Part shown: in pieces, positions 59,618 through 64,000 of the stretch
Position numbering within the stretch: position 1 is the stretch's first letter
How the letters are laid out: every line of letters begins with the position of its first letter
NCBI GenBank assembly: GCA_018238155.1
Contig: JABCTZ010000036.1
Span: forward strand, 96,001 to 160,000
From: Candidatus Heimdallarchaeota archaeon
GTDB lineage: Archaea; Asgardarchaeota; Heimdallarchaeia; JABLTI01
Length of the DNA: 64,000 bases
Reading direction: 5' to 3'
Program-made: the position numbers and the translations under genes
Notes under the pieces: model-generated
What the model saw: only the letters and a program-made list of their open reading frames with translations
Told to the model about the DNA's origin: nothing
Database searches by the model: none

Positions 59618-61441
59618 ATGACATGGACATTAGAAGACAGTAAACTGATTTATTACGCAAATCGAAACGATTTTTCATATCTCGATATAAATGCTAAAGG
59701 ACAGCTTGAACTGATAATTGATGAAAAAAGTATTTCCTTCCAAGATATAGTGAAGATGGTTCATAAAAAAACTAAATATAAGAAAACTTCCTTTGCAATA
59801 CGAGTTCCTCAATTAATAACAAAACAGATTCAAAAATTAATTCAATCTTTTGATACTGCCATTATAAAATATGATTACGTTGGAAATTATTTTCCTATCT
59901 ATCCGATTAAAGTTAATTCACAAAGATTAATTATTGAATCTATTATTAAATCCCATCCAACATATTCTTTTGAAGCCGGAACCAAATCAGAATTCATTTT
60001 ATTACTGCATGCACTTGAGACTGAAAAGCATCGATTAATTATGTGTAATGGCGGAAAAGACCCGGAATATTTACGCTCAATTAATCAAGCTATAAAAGAT
60101 GGTTATAGTGTGTGTATTTCAATTGAAACAATTCTTGAGATGAAGGATACACTCAAAATTATTGATGAAGAGAATGTTCAATTGGCTTTAAGAATAAAAC
60201 CTTATGTTGCAATGCACGGTCATTGGGGTGAATCTAGTGGACGTCATTCCAAATTTGGTTTGTCTATTGCTGAAATGCTTGAAGTAGTGAAAATTCTCAA
60301 ACAGAAAAAGAAATCAAAATTAGTAACTATGTTGCATGCTCATCCGGGATCACAAGTAACTACTCTCCCTGATTTCTATCCATTTGCTGAATTCATGGCA
60401 AATACTTTCAAGAAATTACATAGTCTTGGCCTTACCTCTCTAGATACAATTAATTTTGGAGGCGGTTTGCCTATAGACTATGATAATAGTCTTGACCCAA
60501 ATTTTATGGAGAAATACGCTCAGATTCTTGTAGAACAATTAGTAAAATTCCTTCCTGATTTTCAACCAAATATTTCAACAGAATCTGGGAGAGCAATAAC
60601 TGCTACTTCAACTATGATAATGGTGAAAGTGATTGAGAAATATGCTATTTTTCCTGAAAAAGAACCAAAACAAAAACTCCTTGATAATTTTCAACAACGT
60701 TTTGATCGTTTATCGCAAGTTCAAAGTATAGAACAGATTATTGAGAATTGGTTTGATTGGGATAGAAAATCTGGACAGTTAATTGATCCCGACAAACTAT
60801 TAGCCTTTGAATTTTTATCCTTTAAATTGAAAAAAAATCTCAGAATGAAATTCTATGACTTTTCAGGCTATAGCAATTACTTAGAAAATGAAACTATTAG
60901 GTCATTGCTGATGCCTGAATTTACACTCCAAGGAAATTTCTCTGTTTTCAATAGTATAGCTGATTATGTACTTGTTCACCAATATTTTCCGGTAATACCA
61001 ATTAGTGATTTACATGAGCAACCTGAAACAATTGCTCGATTATTTGATATAACATGTGATAGCGATGGAAAGGTTGCTACATATCATACCATTCAATCCA
61101 CGAAGAAATTATTCACCAAAGATGACTTTCTTTTGACCTATCCTGAACAAAAAATTCTTAATGGATTTCCAATCGGTAGCCTCAGAAATATTGTAGGTGG
61201 TTATTTACTCATTCCTCTTGCAGGAGCGTATCAGGACATCATTGAATTCAATCATAACCTCTTGGGTGATTTACCTGATATTCTTGTTGGATTTGATGAA
61301 GGAGATTGGCATGTTGAACTTATTAATGGAGCTCAATCAATAAGCGATCTTCTAGCTGAGGTTGGTTTTATTTCTACAGTCACTGACGATCCATATATGG
61401 ATCAAGATGACGATGAAGACGAGAAAGAAATACTAGAATAA
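59618..61441 (+). CDS. speA: PLP-dependent biosynthetic arginine decarboxylase
   Basis: YPIKVN, EAGTKSE, CNGGKD, WGESSG..SKFGL, HPGSQ, GGGL, ESGRA, NFSVF.S..D, DITCDSDG, GAYQD...HNL. Confidence 0.9.
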   Translation: MTWTLEDSKLIYYANRNDFSYLDINAKGQLELIIDEKSISFQDIVKMVHKKTKYKKTSFAIRVPQLITKQIQKLIQSFDTAIIKYDYVGNYFPIYPIKVNSQRLIIESIIKSHPTYSFEAGTKSEFILLLHALETEKHRLIMCNGGKDPEYLRSINQAIKDGYSVCISIETILEMKDTLKIIDEENVQLALRIKPYVAMHGHWGESSGRHSKFGLSIAEMLEVVKILKQKKKSKLVTMLHAHPGSQVTTLPDFYPFAEFMANTFKKLHSLGLTSLDTINFGGGLPIDYDNSLDPNFMEKYAQILVEQLVKFLPDFQPNISTESGRAITATSTMIMVKVIEKYAIFPEKEPKQKLLDNFQQRFDRLSQVQSIEQIIENWFDWDRKSGQLIDPDKLLAFEFLSFKLKKNLRMKFYDFSGYSNYLENETIRSLLMPEFTLQGNFSVFNSIADYVLVHQYFPVIPISDLHEQPETIARLFDITCDSDGKVATYHTIQSTKKLFTKDDFLLTYPEQKILNGFPIGSLRNIVGGYLLIPLAGAYQDIIEFNHNLLGDLPDILVGFDEGDWHVELINGAQSISDLLAEVGFISTVTDDPYMDQDDDEDEKEILE

Positions 61442-61633
61442 TCTTTCTCTTCATTATTCTTATCTTTAGTGATTTTTTTCTAGCGTTGTTTGGAATAAAT
61501 ACCATTTTTTTCTCCTAACCAAAATAAGGTCATAAATTATGGTTGAATTTAAGAAAAGCTCCTAATTCATATTTAAGTGAAAACAACATTCTTTAGTGAA
61601 AGGTAAAAAATGTGAATTATAAAAACAAGAAGT

Positions 61634-63073
61634 TTGAGATTTATGAGTAAAGAAAATCCTTTCTTGGAAATAAAAGAAAATACTCTTCATTTTGATAGAG
61701 TAAATTTACTTCGAAGTGTAGCTGCTAATTTTGGTACACCAACATATGTTTTTAGTGAAAATATAATCAAGCAAAATCTGCTGAATTTGCAAACAGCTTT
61801 TACTTCGCAATATCCCCAAACTGAAATTGCATATTCAATTAAAAACAACATGATTATTGATTTCTCCTCGATTATTGCTGATGAAATCAATTACTTCGAA
61901 ACAACATCGTTAACAGAACTACTTCTGGTTGAAAAGTTAGCCCAACAAAAGAATAAACCTCTTAATTTAATTTCAACAAATTTGTTTAAACCTGATGGTT
62001 TAATTGAACACATAATTGATTTTGGCAATCAAATTACTCGAGAGAAAAAAAATTTGCAAATGAGTGGCATAATTGCAATTGATTCATATCAAGATATGAA
62101 AAATATTGAACGTGTAGCCAAGAATGCAAACAAAAAAGCAAAAGTTTTAGTTCGAGTAAACCCAGGAATTCAGATGTCTCGTGAAAAAACGATTTTTGCA
62201 TCAGCTTATCCCGATGCTAAATGTTCTACTATCATTAAAGACATTCAACCAATAATTGATCTAAGCCAGAATGAAACAATCGAAGAGTGGCTTTTAAAAA
62301 GAAAGCATTCACCTAAATATGATTTTGCAGAAAGAATAATTCAAGAAGCAGAAAAAAGTGAGCATTTAGAATTATTAGGTATTCACGGGCACCTTGGTAG
62401 TCAGGTTACAAATATCGATTATTTCCATCACTTCTTTGAAGTAATTACTCTATTTTACAAACTAATGGAAGAAAAATTAGGAAGAAATCTCTCATTTCTT
62501 GATTTAGGTGGAGGATATCCTGTTCAGTATTCTATAAAAGAATGTGTCCCTTCAATTGAAGAAATAGCTGTTAGCTTGTCTCAAAAGATCTCTCAAGCAA
62601 AAATAACTCCTCACTTAATAATTGAAAGCGGTCGATTTGTAACTGCTAGTAGTGGTTTATTGCTCTCAAAAGTTACTCTTACAAAAGAGAATCCCTCAGG
62701 AGGAAAAATTGCCGTGCTTGATATGTCTGTTTATAGTGATCTATTAGACGTCATTGCAGCCAAATGGAATTTCGATATCTCTTTAGTCAATGATTTACCT
62801 GAACGAAAAGACGAAACCAAAGAATATTCTTGGGATTTGGTCGGTGCTACAAATGATACTTTAGATCAATTGAATCCAATCAATTATCCAGATAACCCAA
62901 ACATTGACCAGCGTTCTTTTCCTCGTGATTTAAAACCAAATGATTATATTGTTATTACAAATGCCGGTGCTTATACAACCTGCTTTAATTCCAATTATTG
63001 TGGGCGACCAAAACCGATGATTGTTCTAATTGAAAAAGATAAGAATATTCGTTTAATAAATCGTAATTATTGA
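61634..63073 (+). CDS. Fold-type III PLP decarboxylase (LysA/ODC family), divergent; probable start 61643
   Basis: FGTPTYV, YSIKNN (PLP Lys), LVRVNP, HGHLGSQ, DLGGG, IESGRF, GAY; GATNDTLD in place of GxxC[D/E]xxD. Confidence 0.8.
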   Translation: MRFMSKENPFLEIKENTLHFDRVNLLRSVAANFGTPTYVFSENIIKQNLLNLQTAFTSQYPQTEIAYSIKNNMIIDFSSIIADEINYFETTSLTELLLVEKLAQQKNKPLNLISTNLFKPDGLIEHIIDFGNQITREKKNLQMSGIIAIDSYQDMKNIERVAKNANKKAKVLVRVNPGIQMSREKTIFASAYPDAKCSTIIKDIQPIIDLSQNETIEEWLLKRKHSPKYDFAERIIQEAEKSEHLELLGIHGHLGSQVTNIDYFHHFFEVITLFYKLMEEKLGRNLSFLDLGGGYPVQYSIKECVPSIEEIAVSLSQKISQAKITPHLIIESGRFVTASSGLLLSKVTLTKENPSGGKIAVLDMSVYSDLLDVIAAKWNFDISLVNDLPERKDETKEYSWDLVGATNDTLDQLNPINYPDNPNIDQRSFPRDLKPNDYIVITNAGAYTTCFNSNYCGRPKPMIVLIEKDKNIRLINRNY

Positions 63074-63125
63074 TGAATTTTCTAATAGAAAAGCTATTAT
63101 CAGCAAAATAGTTAGTTTAAAATTA

Positions 63126-63539
63126 TTGTATGCTATTAGTAAATTAGTGAGAACTAGTCAAAAGCAGAAGTTGAGTGATTTGTCCTATTATCGAAGATTT
63201 TCTCCAAAAATTATTCTATTAATAACATTAATTGTAGGTGTACTAGTTGCCACACTTTCAATTGTTATTGTTAATACGATTGTCCATGATTGGGGAATAT
63301 ATGAGATTTTTACTTCGTTAGGAACATCAATTGGGATTTGTGGTGGGATTCTTGCGTATATTTCTTTTAGTGGTGGAACTCAGGTATCAAATTTTTATTT
63401 ACACTCTAGGTACACAAAAATGGCTCATGTAGAAAATGAATATGCGAGAAAAAGGCGACAAAAAGCGCCTTGGTTGAGTTTTCTAATAATTATCATTGGT
63501 GGAATTTTTATTGCGATAGGCCTCATAGGTTTACTTTAA
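63126..63539 (+). CDS. 3-TM membrane protein, hypothetical
   Basis: Three hydrophobic segments. Confidence 0.55.
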   Translation: MYAISKLVRTSQKQKLSDLSYYRRFSPKIILLITLIVGVLVATLSIVIVNTIVHDWGIYEIFTSLGTSIGICGGILAYISFSGGTQVSNFYLHSRYTKMAHVENEYARKRRQKAPWLSFLIIIIGGIFIAIGLIGLL

Positions 63540-63589
63540 AATGCTTACCGAGTGTTTCTTTTTACATTATAATTATCGTTGGTGAAAAA

Positions 63590-64000
63590 ATGGATGAATA
63601 TTATGCAACAAATAGAAAAGTTTGGGACGAATTTGCTAAAATACATTTCAAATCTGAACATTATCGAGTGAAGGAATTTCTTGCTGGTGAAACATCTCTA
63701 AAACCATATGAATTGGAGGAATTGGGAAAGGATGTGCAAGATAAGACATTATTACATTTGCAATGCCATTTCGGTTTAGATACGTTATCTTGGGCAAGAG
63801 AGGGTGCAAAAGTTACCGGCGTTGATTTTTCAGGAGAAGCTGTGAAATTAGCTTGTCATCTCGCCAAAGAAATAAATGTTGATGCTAAATTTGTTCAATC
63901 AAATATCTATGATCTCCCTGATGTTCTTGATGAACAATTCGATATTGTTTATACTTCAATTGGTGTTTTATGTTGGTTACATGATATTAGTAGGTGGGGA
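63590..64000 (+). CDS. Class I SAM-dependent methyltransferase (partial, runs off window)
   Basis: Manual translation MDEYYATNRKVWDE...LLHLQCHFGLDTLSWAREGAKVTGVDFS...FDIVYTSIGVLCW; GGTGA RBS. Confidence 0.88.
   Translation, partial: MDEYYATNRKVWDEFAKIHFKSEHYRVKEFLAGETSLKPYELEELGKDVQDKTLLHLQCHFGLDTLSWAREGAKVTGVDFSGEAVKLACHLAKEINVDAKFVQSNIYDLPDVLDEQFDIVYTSIGVLCWLHDISRWG

Noticed and set aside
2069-61890. Numerous 60-120 aa ORFs antisense to or nested within long genes (e.g. 2069-2302, 8736-9014, 25938-26300, 33058-33687, 47385-48437, 48829-50097)
   Set aside because: Shadow ORFs of well-supported genes with no recognisable motifs
1-64000. CRISPR arrays, tRNA/rRNA genes, IS elements
   Set aside because: No periodic direct repeats, cloverleaf/T-loop signatures, GC-rich structural RNA blocks or transposase ORFs found by eye

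Overview
AT-rich (roughly 30% GC by eye), gene-dense chromosomal segment of an archaeon, most likely an Asgard archaeon of Heimdallarchaeia type. That placement is an inference from the A/V-type ATPase subunit D, the AbrB-ACT and archaeal wHTH regulators, T-rich terminators, many HEAT/TPR solenoids, surface proteins with (S/P)G[YF]-TM-basic C-termini, and an SCP2 fusion. I found no tRNA, rRNA, CRISPR array, transposase or integrase. Housekeeping and metabolic genes include atpD (partial), pckA, a 4-subunit 2-oxoacid:ferredoxin oxidoreductase, a SERCA-like P2A ATPase, a hisC-like aminotransferase, pepT, aroD, speA, a MacB/LolCDE-like ABC exporter with a divergent TetR, and a soluble PAS/GAF histidine kinase. 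Two candidates for an undescribed system stand out. (1) 54985-63073: an AbrB gene, a membrane receptor with architecture dCache-TM-HAMP-TPR-vWA(MIDAS) and no kinase, cyclase or MCP output, and a second dCache-HAMP receptor with no output domain. Both receptor pockets have lost the carboxylate-binding residues, as in amine sensors. They are followed by arginine decarboxylase and an ODC/LysA-fold decarboxylase whose catalytic Cys is replaced by Asn. (2) 47443-50263: a conserved uncharacterised TIM-barrel-like protein next to a DapA-family class I aldolase fused to a complete formaldehyde-activating enzyme (Fae) domain, suggesting a formaldehyde-releasing or -fixing aldolase route. I also found an unannotated 33-aa membrane microprotein overlapping the kinase stop codon, plus several unusual domain fusions. 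All family assignments come from motif recognition by eye; no searches were run.
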